From positions 6,262,001 through 6,326,000 of the forward strand of contig CM022673.1 of NCBI GenBank assembly GCA_012295275.1: 64,000 bases of DNA. Direction: 5' to 3'. The position numbers were made by a program, and so were the translations under genes. Every line of letters begins with the position of its first letter. Positions within the stretch are counted from its first letter, which is position 1. Of the stretch, positions 15,650-34,215 are shown one piece after another. The notes beneath the pieces are model-generated. The model was not told where the DNA came from, ran no database searches, and worked only from the letters and a program-made list of their open reading frames with translations. The stretch is from Chrysomallon squamiferum. Taxonomy: Eukaryota; Animalia; Mollusca.

Positions 15650-16023
15650 TTTATAATTCAAAATACATGTCTATAAAAAAAGATATATATATATATATAT
15701 TGAAAAATAACAAGAAAATAATTCTACAGTAATTCAACGATAATAAAAGAACATCTAAATATACAGACGGTAGAAATAATATACTTTTAGTGCTATTATC
15801 TAAATTGTTTGGGTCTGAGGCAGACGTTACATAAGTACGCCGCCATTGTGGAACTTCCTAGAAACTACGATTTGCTGAAGACGTAGAAATTTCTCAAATC
15901 TGATCGTCGCCAAGATGAACAAAGAAAATAAACTTTCCTGATTAACGTCGAAGTTGAAAGTGATCCTAGTCTGCCAGTAACACTGATAAAAGGAATAAAT
16001 AAATAAATAAATAAATAAATAAA

Positions 16024-16081
<58 letters not shown>

Positions 16082-16128
16082 TAATAACAACAACAAAAAC
16101 AACAACAACAAATAATAATAATAATAAC

Positions 16129-16172
<44 letters not shown>

Positions 16173-17449
16173 CCAATAAATGATGCTGGTGATGATTATG
16201 ATAATAACAAAAAGACGACGAAAAGATGCAAAATCGTGAAAACAATAACAATCAGAACGCAACGCCAGCAGCATCAAGACGTAAAGAAGAAGAACAAGAA
16301 GAAGAAAGGAAAACAAATAATGAAAACAAATAAAAATAAAAAGCAAAAAAAATTGGATTTGAAATATCTGCTACTTCCAGGCTTTAAATTGCTGTGTCTG
16401 CTCCAAGTATTCCGAAATTGCTGCTCTTCTTTATCGAACTTTTAAAGAGAATAATGATTTATGCGTTTATAATGCCGGACCCTCTTCTGGTGTGGATTTA
16501 TCAAAACTAAGATTTATGGCGGCCCACCAAACGAAACGTCTGCTGTATTGTTCACAGTCTTGTTTTGTTTCTGTGATCACACCACTTGACTCATTTTTAT
16601 TGCAAAATTCACTTTTCTTTCTCTTTAATTTTTTTTTTTTTTTTTTTTATTTATTTTCTTCTGTTTCGTTTTACTTTATTTCAATTTTAGTGTTATTTTA
16701 TATTTTATTTTATTTTTATTTTATTTTATTTTATTCTATTTATTTTTATTTTATTTTATTTTTATTTTATTTTATTATTATTATTTTTTTTTTTATGTTG
16801 TATTTTATTTTTATTTCTATTTTATGAAATTATTTTATGAAATTATTTTATGTTGTATTTTTTTTTTATTTCTTTTGTATTTCATTATTTTATGAAATTA
16901 TTTTATGGGTATTTTATTTTATTTTATATTATTTTTTTGTATGCAGGGATCATATCAATAAACGCAGAGAATAACGATGCAAGAGGTAGTCAGATAAAAT
17001 TATTTCCATTCTTCATGTATATAGATAATACCTATATATATATATACACACATACATACACATATAGATACACACACAACACACACACACACACACACCC
17101 ACGCACACTGACGGCACTTCGCTTACGTAACCCTTGGATAAACCAGTCTAATGTGGGATATTTCAATCGGCGTCGAGAAGAATCGATCTGGTCACCTTTT
17201 ACGCTTCGGGCTCTTAACCATTGAAGTACAGCTCCGTCTAAGTGAAAATAATAACACTTTATTTAAGTCATGATTGCAGACTGGGGGAAATAATGGTTAA
17301 TCTCCCGGATATTTTCGGTGATCCCCGATAAAAGTCGAATTTCTGGAAGCGGAAGTTGCCACGGAAACAGTCGAGGACACCTAAACCATTGGTTATGATG
17401 TATTTGACGACAAACATGGCCGCCCTGTAGCTGTTAGCCCTTTGAACTG

Positions 17450-17492
<43 letters not shown>

Positions 17493-17663
17493 TTATTAGT
17501 ATTACTGTTACTATTTGTGTTAGTATTAGCAGTAGTAGGGGTAGGAGTATATTTAGCTTATGTAGTAGAAGCAGCACTTGTAATACCGGTAAAAATAGTA
17601 GTAGTTTTAGTTGTTGCTGCTGTTGCTGTTATGGTAAAGTACTAGTAGCAACAGCAACAGTAT

Positions 17664-17698
<35 letters not shown>

Positions 17699-18620
17699 TT
17701 TCAGGAAGACGGATTTTGTTAATTTGGTTAAATATATTTACAGATTTTATAACGATAACGTTACTAAAAGAATGGTGAAATAAAGATTCAATGTACAGGT
17801 TTTTTTTCTAATATGAGATGTTTTAACCAAATCGTTACCAATACATATCTTTAGTGCATATTATCATCATCCAACTACTACATTTGTCAGTGAATTCATG
17901 AATTAATGAATTGTTATTAAGTTTCTCTATGCTTTTTCCATGTGAAAATCTGATATATATATATATATATATATATAAACACACACACACGCACACACGC
18001 ACATAGGCGTGAAATCTAAATCAGAAACGAGGAATTTGAGAAGGATCAAGGATAAGAAAAAGACACGGACAGACACAGCGAGATAAATCTAGGATTGCAG
18101 ACCGATAAGCGGACAAACAGACAATAACGAAATCAGATCCGACGAATAAGTGGTCAGTTCACAACTTCGTCTTTAATTTCATCGATTCATTAGCGACGCA
18201 GGAAACGGTTTGAAGCCTTTAAATATATAAATAGCAAAAATGATGTGCGTTGTGGTGTTATTGTTTAGATCGTCTGCCCATTTTAGATTGGACAGCCGAC
18301 TGGCATGTTGGATAGCCTGATTAAAACATAAACTGTTAGGATCTGAGGGAGAGATAGACTGGTGTTGGAGGAAATTATTACAAAGCACGCATGTCTTGGT
18401 CCCTCCAGAAAGCGATATTTTCAGGAGAACTCAATGGTTTTTTTAGGGTTTTAAGATGAGGTGGAGAGAAGATTCGTTGGTTTTTCAACACCGTGAATAT
18501 CATGTCATAATACGCAGCTATAGTGACAGAACGGGAAAAAATCCACATTTTCAAGAAACATTGTTCCACCACAGAGCTGAACTAAACTTTCAACAACATT
18601 TAATCATAAATAAACAACAG

Positions 18621-18653
<33 letters not shown>

Positions 18654-19063
18654 AATTATATTATTTTGGCAAAATAAAAATAGGTGTGTGCGCCCGATGT
18701 ACTCCCACTGTTTTTTTTTGTGTTTGGATACGGCCCAGGTATCCAGCTAACTGGCAAAGGTTACTTGAGGTTTATTTTCTTTTACAAAAAGCTTTGTGTG
18801 TTTGAGAGACATATGTTGACGGACCCTCACAATGTGAGCTTAATTGATTTATTCTTCAAACAGCGGGACGCTAATTTTGCTCATTTTTATTTCATAACGT
18901 GAATCTTTTCTTTCTAACGTGACTTCATTTTTTTTTAGCATTAAGAGCTGTTAGTGTATATATAAATATATTTTGTATCCTAACATTTTACCTTTCATTT
19001 TTTTATCTTTTTTGTTTTTAGCTTTAAAGGCTTATTATATATATGACTATGTTAACTAAGTAA

Positions 19064-19132
<69 letters not shown>

Positions 19133-19181
19133 AATTTTAAAAATCAATACAATTATATGCATTTCTTTATTTATGTCGGTT

Positions 19182-19219
<38 letters not shown>

Positions 19220-19592
19220 ATTACATATTTTTATGTTTGTTGCTAAATTGTCTAATACATTTGTACGTGTATGTACTTCCAAGTAAATGTTTTACTTTTT
19301 TAGTCGCCAATCTTTACTACTAATAAAGTATGACAGTACTATAGCTAATATGCAGCGATTAAGGAGCTCTGTTAGTTTGTTTTCATTAAATATACATATA
19401 TATATATATATATATAAACAAGTTTATATACATATAGATATATATAAACAAACAAACAAGTATCATATGTAAATATATTTTTGAGACTGTCTACACATTT
19501 ATTTTCTAATTAAAGTAAAATTGTTGAGGCATCGGAATGGCTGTTAGCATTTACCCTGCGTTCTTCCATTACAGAACCTTTCAGCTAGGCAA

Positions 19593-19689
19593 TCTGCCTC
19601 TGCCTCTGCCTCTGCCTCTGCCTCTGCCTCTGCCTCTGCCTCTGCCTCTGCCTCTGCCTCTGCCTCTGCCTCTGCCTCTGCCTCTGCCT
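19593..19689. repeat. (CTCTGC)n hexanucleotide repeat, about 16 perfect copies
   Basis: Read directly from the sequence. Confidence 0.97.
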
Positions 19690-20931
19690 TAATATTCCTG
19701 CTACAAGACGTTATTCGTATTAAAAAAACCCTTAAAGGTGTTAAAATTATTTCCAGTCTCTACAGACTTATTACCACGTCTCAGTCCTGGCACTGATTAA
19801 AGTGTAATACTTTTTTTTAACATGCGGTGTGTAAATTTAGGTTTAATTGTTGTCTGTGAGGGCTTACGTCTAGTGATGTCGTCGTCACACTCGTTAGGAA
19901 AACAGCTTAATGAACCACAGAATGTCCGTTTTACGACATCTCCGATTTTTATCCTTCAATTTAGAGCTGTAACATGTCTAATTCTGCATTCTCTCCACAT
20001 CAGAGAAATTAGCTACGGCACAAGACTTAAACATTTCAACACGCTATCTTGTAACTTCTGTTGACGTCAAGACCGTATTCCAAAGAGTTTGTATTTGTTG
20101 ACATCATGTTTGTTTGTGTAATGGGTGCATGTTATGGCTGTCTAAAGCGCTTTAGGTTTGTTAGCAGTTTAGATGTGAGGAAACAAAACGAACTGAGACA
20201 AAATTATCATTAATTTATCTGTAAGAGCTTGTATCACGGTTCGATCGGGATATCTTTCAATTTTATTTATTTGAAAGTATACAAATGCATGTATTCTGTA
20301 TGTTGTTGTTGTTGTTTTGTTTTGGGTTTTTTTCATTTTGGGTGGAGGGGCGTTCCGAACATCATTTAAAAGTTTTATTTAGTTCAATATCGCAAATAGA
20401 ATAAAATCAATACAATGGTACTTTTTTTTTTAAAGTTTATTTTCTTGTATAATGATAAAACCATGAAGACATTCAATACAATATGAACAGTAAATAAAAC
20501 AGATTCAGTTAACATCCACTGAAAAGACAATATCACAGTCAAAGAAAATAATAACAGCAGTAGCTTCACGCCCAATACTTGTATAACAACACTTTGAAAG
20601 CACTCAAAGATTTTTTTTCTTCCTTCGTCACCGTCAGTCTCTGACGTATCTGGGTTAGACTCTGCGAGACGATTCAGCACGAAACTCTGGACAAGACTGT
20701 GGAACACTTGGTATGCGAGATTTTCAGTCGGGATAAATAATGAGGCTTTTGAACCTGGTCCCTTTAATTTTCGTGCGAGTCTTTCAAACACTTTGTTTTG
20801 CAAGAGCATCGCAAAATACGACTGGGTAATAATTTGTCTTGGTCTCTTCGGTTTGTGAGGTCCGTAAGCGGTTTCGTTTTTTTTTTTAGCTTACTTTCAA
20901 CGAGATTGGCTCCGATATTGTGACCTATTGT

Positions 20932-24171
<3,240 letters not shown>

Positions 24172-24262
24172 GTTAAAGCAGAAGAAAATGTGAATCTGAA
24201 AGCACTTGTGACGAGATGCGATGATCTGTTTGAAACGGTTGCCAAGTTGGTGAGTGTCCTAA

Positions 24263-24271
24263 CTATTTATA
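24263..24271 (-). promoter_or_regulatory. TATA box (TATAAATAG) of the Cdc25-like gene
   Basis: Consensus TATAWAWR about 95 bp upstream of the ATG, in a locally less AT-rich island. Confidence 0.5.
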
Positions 24272-24619
24272 CCTATGGTTATACCTGCCTGATTGCGGCA
24301 CAGTTAACTCATTAGGGTTCAGAGGTAAAATCCGTTCACGATGGTTTTTGGGTGTGATTAACGTGTGTTGGGTTAGTCGACAGCTCTGGCGGCTTGAATG
24401 CGAGTTAACAGTTTTTTGACAGGTTGTTTGTTGTCTGTAACAACTCTGTGAAGAACGCTAATTAAAATATCTTATAGCTAGCTTTAATTAAGTAATCAGT
24501 TGTTTAATCTAGCTGCGAGTTAACTGTGTAAAAATAATTAGTAAAATTTGTTATTATTATTATTATTATTTAATAATTAAAGAAATATAGAAATACACAG
24601 ATAAATAGATAAATAATAT

Positions 24620-24740
24620 AATAATATAATATAATGTAATGTAATGTAATGTAATATAATATAATATAATATAATATAATATAATATAATATAATATAAT
24701 ATAATATAATATAATATAATATAATGCAGTATAATATAAT
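24620..24740. repeat. (AATAT)n/(AATGT)n pentanucleotide repeat
   Basis: Read directly from the sequence. Confidence 0.9.
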
Positions 24741-25579
24741 ATCACAAACAATATAATTGTTTTAACGTTAATATCAGTTACAAATCATTCATAACAGGAA
24801 CAGATTTCAAAATGAAACGCACAGATTTTGTTTTCTACCAAACGTGTAGGCTTCTCTTTGATTTCTTTCATTAAACGTTTTCTTCATCAACTAACATCGT
24901 TATTAGGCTTTTGAATTTGAGGCGTCGTTTCCTGTTTTATTCCGTTAATATTTCAGTGTTATTAGACTATAAACACTCCTAAATAACCGTTTTAGTGTAG
25001 GTGCTATTAAGGTTATTGCTTTTAGTATGAATACAACTTTCATACATGGTCTATAAATACTGACAATAAAGCTGGAGAAAGAATATCGCCTTGTCTTACG
25101 CCTTTTAAGACAAGCAATATAATATGATGGAAATACTGCAGTGTCATATCTTATATGTATATTACATTAACTTATTAGGTAAAATACGTTTAGTGGGTCA
25201 TTGTAGGTCGTTGATTTAACAGTAAGTGTGACAGTTATGAATTGGTTTGACAGTGCATACAAAACAGTTCATTAATATAAACCTTTCATAATCAGTGGAG
25301 AATAATTAAATATCGGAGAAGATTAACAACAAGGAAGTAGTAAAAATAAAACAAAGAATAACGAATAACAATTAATATAACTAAACATCAGCAACTGCTA
25401 CTACTACCACTGCTACTAACACTACTGTTACCACCACCACCAAAAGCAACACCATCATAGCTGCTACTACTAGTACCACTACTACTATTACTATTATAAC
25501 TGCTATTTCTATTACTACTACTACTACGACTATTGCAATGTTTTCATAATCGTCATTATTATCATAATCATCATCATCA

Positions 25580-25622
<43 letters not shown>

Positions 25623-27580
25623 TATTACTATTATTATTATTGCTGCTATTGCTATTGTTGATGTTGCTGTTGTTTTTATTTTTCTTATTCAAATAAATTA
25701 AAAACAAATGAAACAAACATAAATTTTACTATAAAAAAATTAATCAAATCAAAACACAAAACATCTTAAATATTTATTTCTATTAAAAAAAAAAAAAAAA
25801 ACAAGTCATGTTTTTTCTTTGTTTAGGGAGAATTCTATCGCTACAGACAGTGAACTCCAATGTGACAGAGAAGCACCAATACGAACGATGGTCAAGACGC
25901 AGCCAGAGACATTCAAAGAAACACGATCTCGTTTCGCTGAAGGATAATTTTAGTGTGAAAGCTATAAAAAGAAGAGGCTACCGTGCAATCATAATTAATG
26001 ATCCGCTTCCGTCCTTTCAGGATTTGTCCTTGAACTGTTACTTTCAAGAACGAAAACTCTTAAAATTTATTAAGATGGCGGAAAAGTCTTCGCTGTTTTT
26101 CAGACAAATAGTCAGAGACATACCAAATGTATCCACTGTTTCTGTTTACAGTGATATAAAGATTTCTGTTAGTTCCTGATACTAATGATATTAATAGTTT
26201 TCCAGTTTCATCCATTGCCCAAACTGATGTACATTATTTCTCATTCGACCTCATGTGGTCCTGAGACAGATATGTAAAAACTTTGTGTGTGTGAAATAAG
26301 GTGTATTGTTTTTATCTGTTGTCATTGTTGATAATGATGATGATGATGATGATGATGTTTTTTTTTTGGATAGACCGCACTGTTTCAGCTTTTCAGAAAA
26401 AATCTGCAAAAAATATATATATATATATATATATACCATTTTGATTTCGTTTTCTTTTTCTTTTCTTTATTTATTTATTTATTTTAACCATTTTTCTAAC
26501 CTCTGTCTCCAAAATACAAAATACAAACATTTTTAACAAATGCAATATATTTTCTCCACCATTTTATAAATAATGACGTATACCATTGTATTACCTGTCT
26601 TGCTCGGTTTTTTAAGTTAAAGAAAACAAATAATTGTCAATTTCAGTCAAGTGGACACATGTACAATTATTACAAGAATGCGAACATTAAATAAATGTGC
26701 AGGCGAACCTATCCTAGGGATACTGTCAGGCAGATTAGTACCAGTGTGTTTACATCTCATTGCACAATACTGTGGGGTGTGTTGTGCATTTTGACATCCG
26801 AAACTGCCTAGAGACCCAGTGTAGGCAAAGGGGGATACACCCCTGACACACCTCAACAGGCTTATGACAAAGTAGAATAAATTTAGACAACTCCTTCATT
26901 ACAATGTTCATGTTCTCTAATGTCTAGCTGCTTTTCATTCTCTTCGTTGTTGTTTGGGGTTTTTTGGGGTTTTTTTTTTTTTTTTTTTTGTTATTAATTT
27001 TTTTTTTTTTTTTGGTTGTTGTTGAAATCTTTATTAATATTAATATTCATAAGTTCCATTGTTTATTCTTACGTTTTCACAATTTGTGTTTAATTTGAAT
27101 AATATATGTTTACAAAGACTAATATGTCCCCCCAAGAGCACGTTTACACATATTCAGTATTTGACTTACGTCCTTATGTATCTTGTTATTTATTCATTAA
27201 TTTATTTATATTTATACAACGTATCTCGTGTTTCGCTGAATTATTACCAAAGAATAAATAAATCTTCGGTTCAGTTCGGTTTATTTCAACCCGACACGCG
27301 CACACCCTTATGCACTAAATGTTTGACGATGTCACAGACAAAGCTTCATTTTTTTTTTTTTTACCAGTGTGACTATTGTTAACCTTACCTCAGATTACAG
27401 TTAAATCTGTAACAAGTTTTACAAAATACTAGGTGTACGGAAACGCTGTTTTCATGGTTCAGTCGAGTTTGTTGAAAAGAAAATTTAGAAACTCGAAACC
27501 GGATAAATTAACTATTGAAAGTTTATTAATTATTGAATACAAAAATTAAATGGTGAGATTGTTTTCATACAGTTAGCAGG

Positions 27581-27780
27581 ATTATTGATAAGATTTTTGT
27601 TATATTAAGAAAGAATTCTTTCTTTTTATTTTTTTCTATTTGTATGTATGTATTATTGATAACATTTTTGTTATATTAAGAAAGAATTCTTTCTGTTTAT
27701 TTTTTTCTATTTGTATGTATGTATTATTGATAAGATTTTTGTTATATTAAGAAAGAATTATGTTTTTCTGTTTGTATGTG
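27581..27780. repeat. 71-bp tandem repeat, about 3 copies
   Basis: ATTATTGATAA.ATTTTTGTTATATTAAGAAAGAATT starts at 27581, 27652 and 27723. Confidence 0.92.
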
Positions 27781-29484
27781 TGTATTTTTCTCTTTTTATC
27801 TACTTATCAACCAACTTAACAACCTAGCTGCCAAACTAGCTACCTATTTATCTATATATATGTATGTCTGATTTTGTAAGTATAGAAGTTGTCAGTAAAT
27901 AAGTAAATAGATTAGTAAATAAATTAGTAAATAAATAAATTCATGTATGAATATATGAACAACATATATATATGTATATGTGTATAAATACACACACACA
28001 CACACACACACAGACACACGTAAGTACAAACGTACATTAATAAACAGGCCAACTCAATTACGTATCTTTGCATACATACTAACATACACACATACATTCA
28101 TACATACGTACGTACATACATACTTACATACATACATACATACATAACTATATACATACATACATACATAAATATATACATATATACATACATCTATTAG
28201 AATGTGTTTATTATGTTACCGTTTTATTTTATTTATTTTTTCTCAATCTCGTCATTTATTTTATTTTATTTTATTTTTTTTGTGACCTTTCCTTTGCGCA
28301 TTTTTCATTCATTTTTTTTTTTTTTTTTTTCCCCTTTCCACTTCCTATTCTTTCCTATAATTAAAAAAATAGTTGACTTCCTTTCGGAAATAGAATCCAT
28401 ATCAACACCATCACATGTTATTATCTATCAGTAACACCTAATTAGCCGTCTTTTGTCGCCTGTTTGTTTTGCACATTGGCGCAAAACTAACTTCCAATCA
28501 TTTAATTTCACTAATCATATATCAAGGCGAAGTAATCTTTGAAGAGGACTGCCACACTGCAGAAGTATCCCACGAGTTTCTTGATTAGAATAATCTTCGG
28601 GTCTCCAAACACACATTTTTTTTTTTTCCTCTCTCTTTCTCTTTCTTGTAAGCTTTTTTCTTTTTTTTTTTTTTTTTTTTTTCTCTCTCTCTCTGGCTTT
28701 CATAAAACATGCATTTTTTTTTCTTTCTTTCTTTTTCTTCAAAATATGCTTTATTTCTTTCAAACATTTTTTTTTTTTTTTTTTTGTTATTATTATTATT
28801 TCTTTCAAACATTATATTTTATCTGTATTTTCCCCTTCAAATCCAGTTTTAACCAAAATATCAATAAAGTGTAATTTTAAGGTCTCGGCGATAAAAAGTT
28901 TGATAAAAGAAAATGTGTTTTCGTTTTATGTTTGAATGAAGTCAATCTGGAGAAAAGGATCCATAATAATATTTCAATGGTTTTTTGTGTGGGTTATTTT
29001 TTTCTTCTGTTTTCCTTTTACTTTTATTGTATTTCTTCTATGTATTTTTAATTTTATTAATTAATATATTTTTAAATTTTAGATAATAATAATAAAATAT
29101 AATAATTGATAAAATTTTCAAAATTTCTATTAGTCAATGAATAAATAAATAAATATTTTCCTTCATCACCATCATCATTATCACCAACATTATCGCCAAC
29201 GCCGTCGAAGTACTGAATGAGTGACGTGAAATAAGGAATGAATTTCAGTTCTGGATTCCAGCCTATCCCTTTGACTGTTGCCACCGTTCTTTGTACGAAA
29301 TGAAAAGCGATGTGACGTCGTAGGCGATTATTTCTTTAACCAAGGAGACTAGGAAAGCGAGTAATTGCTCTGTGATGAAGGATCATGGTGTTTTGGCTTA
29401 GAAACAATTTCCTAAACCTCAGATTAAGACAACTGGTAGGAGTTTGTCTGTCAAAAGAAGAGGATGCAGGTGTGTAAGAGTGAC

Positions 29485-29570
<86 letters not shown>

Positions 29571-29718
29571 CACAGAGACAGGTTGAGACAGAGACAGAGA
29601 CAGAGAATGAAAAAGAAACAGTCAGAGAGAAAAAGAGTGAGACCAGAAGGACATAAAAATAATAAATAAATAAAATTTATCAGTAATCGTTAATATTTAT
29701 TTGATATTCTCTTTCTGG

Positions 29719-29758
<40 letters not shown>

Positions 29759-30573
29759 TTTTGGAATAAAGATCAATCGCGTAAGTGATCTTTTATTTCT
29801 TTTTCTGCCTTTTATCTATCCTTTCAAAGACGTAAAATCACAGTTTGCAGTGTACTGGGGGTTCGATCCCACAGCCACTGTGAACCAGAGGAGTATTTTG
29901 TGACTTGACTACATTTTGCCCCTTTTCCCTGATATTAACCCGTGGTCGTATCTTTTCATGGGATCAACCTCATTTAGCAATGTCTTAATGGTCGTGCTGT
30001 CTTGACCGCAACTCTGATTCAAAACAACATCATTCATAACGTATCAGCTTATTTTCATCAAACAAAACATGCTGGTCTTATGAAGGATGAGAAGAGACAC
30101 GACATCCATAACGTTGACGACGTTGATTTAGCGAACGTCCCGTTGAATCAATAGAATAATGCAAATTCGCCATCTTTTCCGAGATGAAGTTTTTGAGTTC
30201 TACAGAATCTGTGGTTCTTGTGTCTTTATCTCGTGTTCGTTGACCAGTTGCTCTTCTCTTGTTTTCAGAGATAGGAATCTGGTGATGTTTTGTCATTTTG
30301 CTTTTCCATGATGTCTGACTGTTTTGGTTTGGTGAATCTTTGATAGGTTTTTTTTATTATTGGTATTACGCTCATTTTCACAATGTGTTGGTGTTTGTTG
30401 ATCAGTCGTTCATCAGACTTTTGAGTCTGGAATTTTAGATGATAATTTCATATTTTGTTTTCTAGACGATTTGTTTTTTCCAGAAACATTTTGTTTTCAT
30501 ATTTTCAATAACAATTGTTTTTGTTGTTTTTCCAATATACTTTTTCAAAAATGTATTTATTTATTTATTTATT

Positions 30574-30651
<78 letters not shown>

Positions 30652-31211
30652 TTATATTTTTATGGTTTGACGAAGCTTTAATTATTTATTACTGTGTTTT
30701 TTTGTTTTTAGTCTCGAAATAATTTCATTATTATTTTAGCTTTCTGATTAAACTTTTCTTTTGAAATTTAGACACAGCATATAACTTAATTTTTTTATTT
30801 TATTTTCTGAAAATTGGACATTTTGTTTTGTTAACATTTTTACATTTTGTTTCAACTGACGTTCTGTCTTTTTGTTCATCCCAAATTCTGGCATTTTATT
30901 TTAGTAACATTCTGACAATTGCTGCTGAAATTGCCGGTCCTTCTTTGATGAAATAAATTAGGGAAACGTGTAAAAACAGGGTAATTTCCTTCCCCTATTT
31001 TTATCCACTGATTTTAGGCTTTTATCAAGCTATGATTTATATAGATAATTTGAGAGAATTTTATTAGGTACTCGAGTGTTATTTATTAATATTAGAGTAA
31101 TAATTCACAAGATGTAAATTGTATGATGAGAGATCGAGACCAAGGCTTCATTACTGTCCACCGAAACAGTGGAACGTTTTCTAATCTGATATGTCTGTCT
31201 GACTGTTTGTC

Positions 31212-31292
<81 letters not shown>

Positions 31293-33679
31293 CTGTCTGT
31301 TATCTATCTATCTATCTATTTATATGTCTATCTCTGTCTCTACCTGTCTATATCCATATATGTATTTCAGTCTGTCTGTCTTATCCACCATCCTATTTAC
31401 CTTTCTGTCTCTATCTGTCAGTCTATTTATTTCTCTTTTTGTGTGTCTGTATCTCTATTTATCTGTCTACCTACCTACCTACACACACAAACACGCCTAT
31501 GTGTGTATGTGAGTGTGTAATCTATATATTATCATGCCCTGCGTATTTGACTATCGTTCCATCCATCCGTTTCACCACACATACTTATATGTATCTACAG
31601 GAAGGAAGGGAGAAAAGGAAAAGGAAATCAAGAAGAAACAAACAAAATAAAGAAGCAAACAAACTATAAGATATAAACAAGATATCAAAAAGACTACTTT
31701 TTTTCGTTTCTTTTCTTTTAACTTCCTTTTCGTTTTCCTTGTTTTTTTTTGTATTTTTTTTTTTTTTTTTTTTCAGAAACGGGCCAAAAGAAAAAATCTG
31801 ATGCGCAAAATGCATGTTTGTCGACCATTTTCTGGGCAACGTAATAAGTAAAAATGATGAAAGCTTTTAGTTTGCCTTGTGTAAAATAATTCCGCTTCGA
31901 GTACCTTGATTAGCATCCATTACCATTTAATTCTGGCTTAAATGTGCATTCGTCTGTCGTGACGTTTCAAATCAGTTCTTGAATTTCAAAGAATAACGTG
32001 AAGTTAGTGATGCAGATTTTGTTATTTCATTCATGGTTTAAGCAATTTACACAAATATTTTTGTTCAGTCGCTTCACTGACGGTTCGCACAGCGTGACAC
32101 GCCCTATTAGTAACGTGATCGCCTGATCCACGTGATCTGATATCGATCATGGCCGATGACGCATAGTTATTTTTTTTTTTTTTTAATAGACTTATAACTG
32201 GCATATGTTATCCTCTTTTCCCTGTCTGTCTGCATATGCGTATGTATTTATAATATGTATATACAAATACACGTACATATATATATATGTGTGTATTTCT
32301 TTGTTCGTGTGTGTAAGTGCGTTTTGATGTATATGAATGCATGCGTGTACGTACCTTTGTACCTTTTTATCCGGTAAACTTGGGACCGGAGATGCTTCGG
32401 TTTCTGGATACGTGTCAAATCTTTCCTTGAAATATAAAAATAAACAATAAAAGAAATAATATGAACGAATGAAACTGTATTTAACAGATAAAAATTAATA
32501 CACTTCGAAAGCAAGATGAATTTGATTTTTATTAGTTCACTTTTTACAATATCTGAACAGAACATGCTTTCCCACTAGCAAATTGCATTTCTGCTAGTCT
32601 TTTAATAGATAAATAAAAAGGAGAGTAAACTGAAACAAATAATAACGTATTGTGAGAGGATCATCTCCATACAGAACATTCTCGCTTGAACTGGCGTCAC
32701 GGAAACTGAAATGCGCCTAATTTTTATGTACATACATACATACATACATATATATATATACATATATATATTTAAGAATACAGGTACATATGTATTTTCG
32801 TTAAAATACTTCAAACAGAACTAAAATTCGCGGTTTTCGTAATTTTCCAGATTTTTGGAAGACGGACATATGCCTATATGCATAATATAATTTGTACATG
32901 TATATATTCATAATATAATCTGTACATGTATATAAGCAAACAGACAGATATGTAAGAAGGCAGGTATCCTCTGTAACACACTCGAAACAGGACTGGCATA
33001 CTTTTCTACCTCTGTTTGTTTGACTGTGACCGCAGCAATGAGAAAACTATTTTTTCATTGTCATTAAATATGCATCCGGGCGGATTAAACTTTCTCTTGG
33101 CAGCAAAAAAGTAACACATCTTTTCTGTCTCGCCAGCGTCATCTTCCTAGCCAAACAATCCTGTAAACGAAGGCGCACCAAGGAAAACCTCGCTGACAGA
33201 GATGGATGAAGAGCGATGAATCTTGTTGTGTTCGGTCGTCGTAACATGCTGGGGATTTCGGTGGCTGTTTTCTAGACCAGCGTCCTTCGCCTGTCGTGGC
33301 GACAAATTGTGTATGAACTGGACTGTCCAGGAAGACTTCTGGGATCTTCAGAAGGTCTGTTTTTTTTGTTGTTTTTTTCTACTTCTTTCATCGTTTGGTA
33401 ATAAATGTAATAAATATATATATTTTTTTCATTTGTGTTGTTTTGTGTGTTGTTAGAGGGGGATTATAATGGCGCAGATGCTTGCGTTTGGTACTATATG
33501 TAGTGTGTTTGAGTGAAATTTGAATACAGTTGAATGCTTTGAGGTTTATTGAGAAGAAACCTTTTGATTCTGTTCTAATAAGGTTTTCGTATATTTTTTT
33601 AATCTAACATCCTCATCCGTGTAAGTAGAAATGTATGTATTTCAGTCTGTGTGTGTATGTATGTATAATACTGTTCATT

Positions 33680-33756
<77 letters not shown>

Positions 33757-34169
33757 TATTATTATTCTATATATATATATATATATTGCTTAAAATAAAA
33801 CTTTAAAAGGACTGTCGTTTATTTTGCGTAGGCGAATGACGTACTTTTACTAAAATAAAAATGGATATTTTCATCATAGACACTAATAATACTGTCTATT
33901 AGAAATCACAATCTCTCACGTTACAGTCCAACTCAATATGACCTTTCGTCCACCGCAGTGCAAATCCATGGAAAATCCGTTTGAAATTAACTCGTAGCTT
34001 TTTTACTTTGTAAAAATATAAAATATCCTTTATAGTTTGGATGTTTTAAAATATTTTTTGTATTTCTTAGATGAATTCAAAAGGTTGACTACAAACTGAA
34101 TATAGAATTAAACCTCTTGAATTTTTCATCCTAAATAATAATTTATGTATGTATATATGTATGTGTGTG

Positions 34170-34215
<46 letters not shown>

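Noticed and set aside
20384-20809. 141-aa minus-strand ORF just downstream of the Cdc25-like stop
   Set aside because: It is in a different frame from Cdc25, has no recognisable domain and has a T-rich low-complexity second half. ORFs of similar length occur elsewhere in apparently non-coding T-skewed DNA (10384, 12495). It is probably 3' UTR.
29857-29872. GGGGTTCGATCCC tRNA B-box-like motif
   Set aside because: There is no matching A box or cloverleaf, so it is at most a SINE remnant. An A-box-like stretch at about 34985 likewise lacks a B box.
30078-30430. Minus-strand ORF MTKHHQIP... with an upstream acceptor-like site
   Set aside because: The frames are interrupted by stops and show no homology signal.
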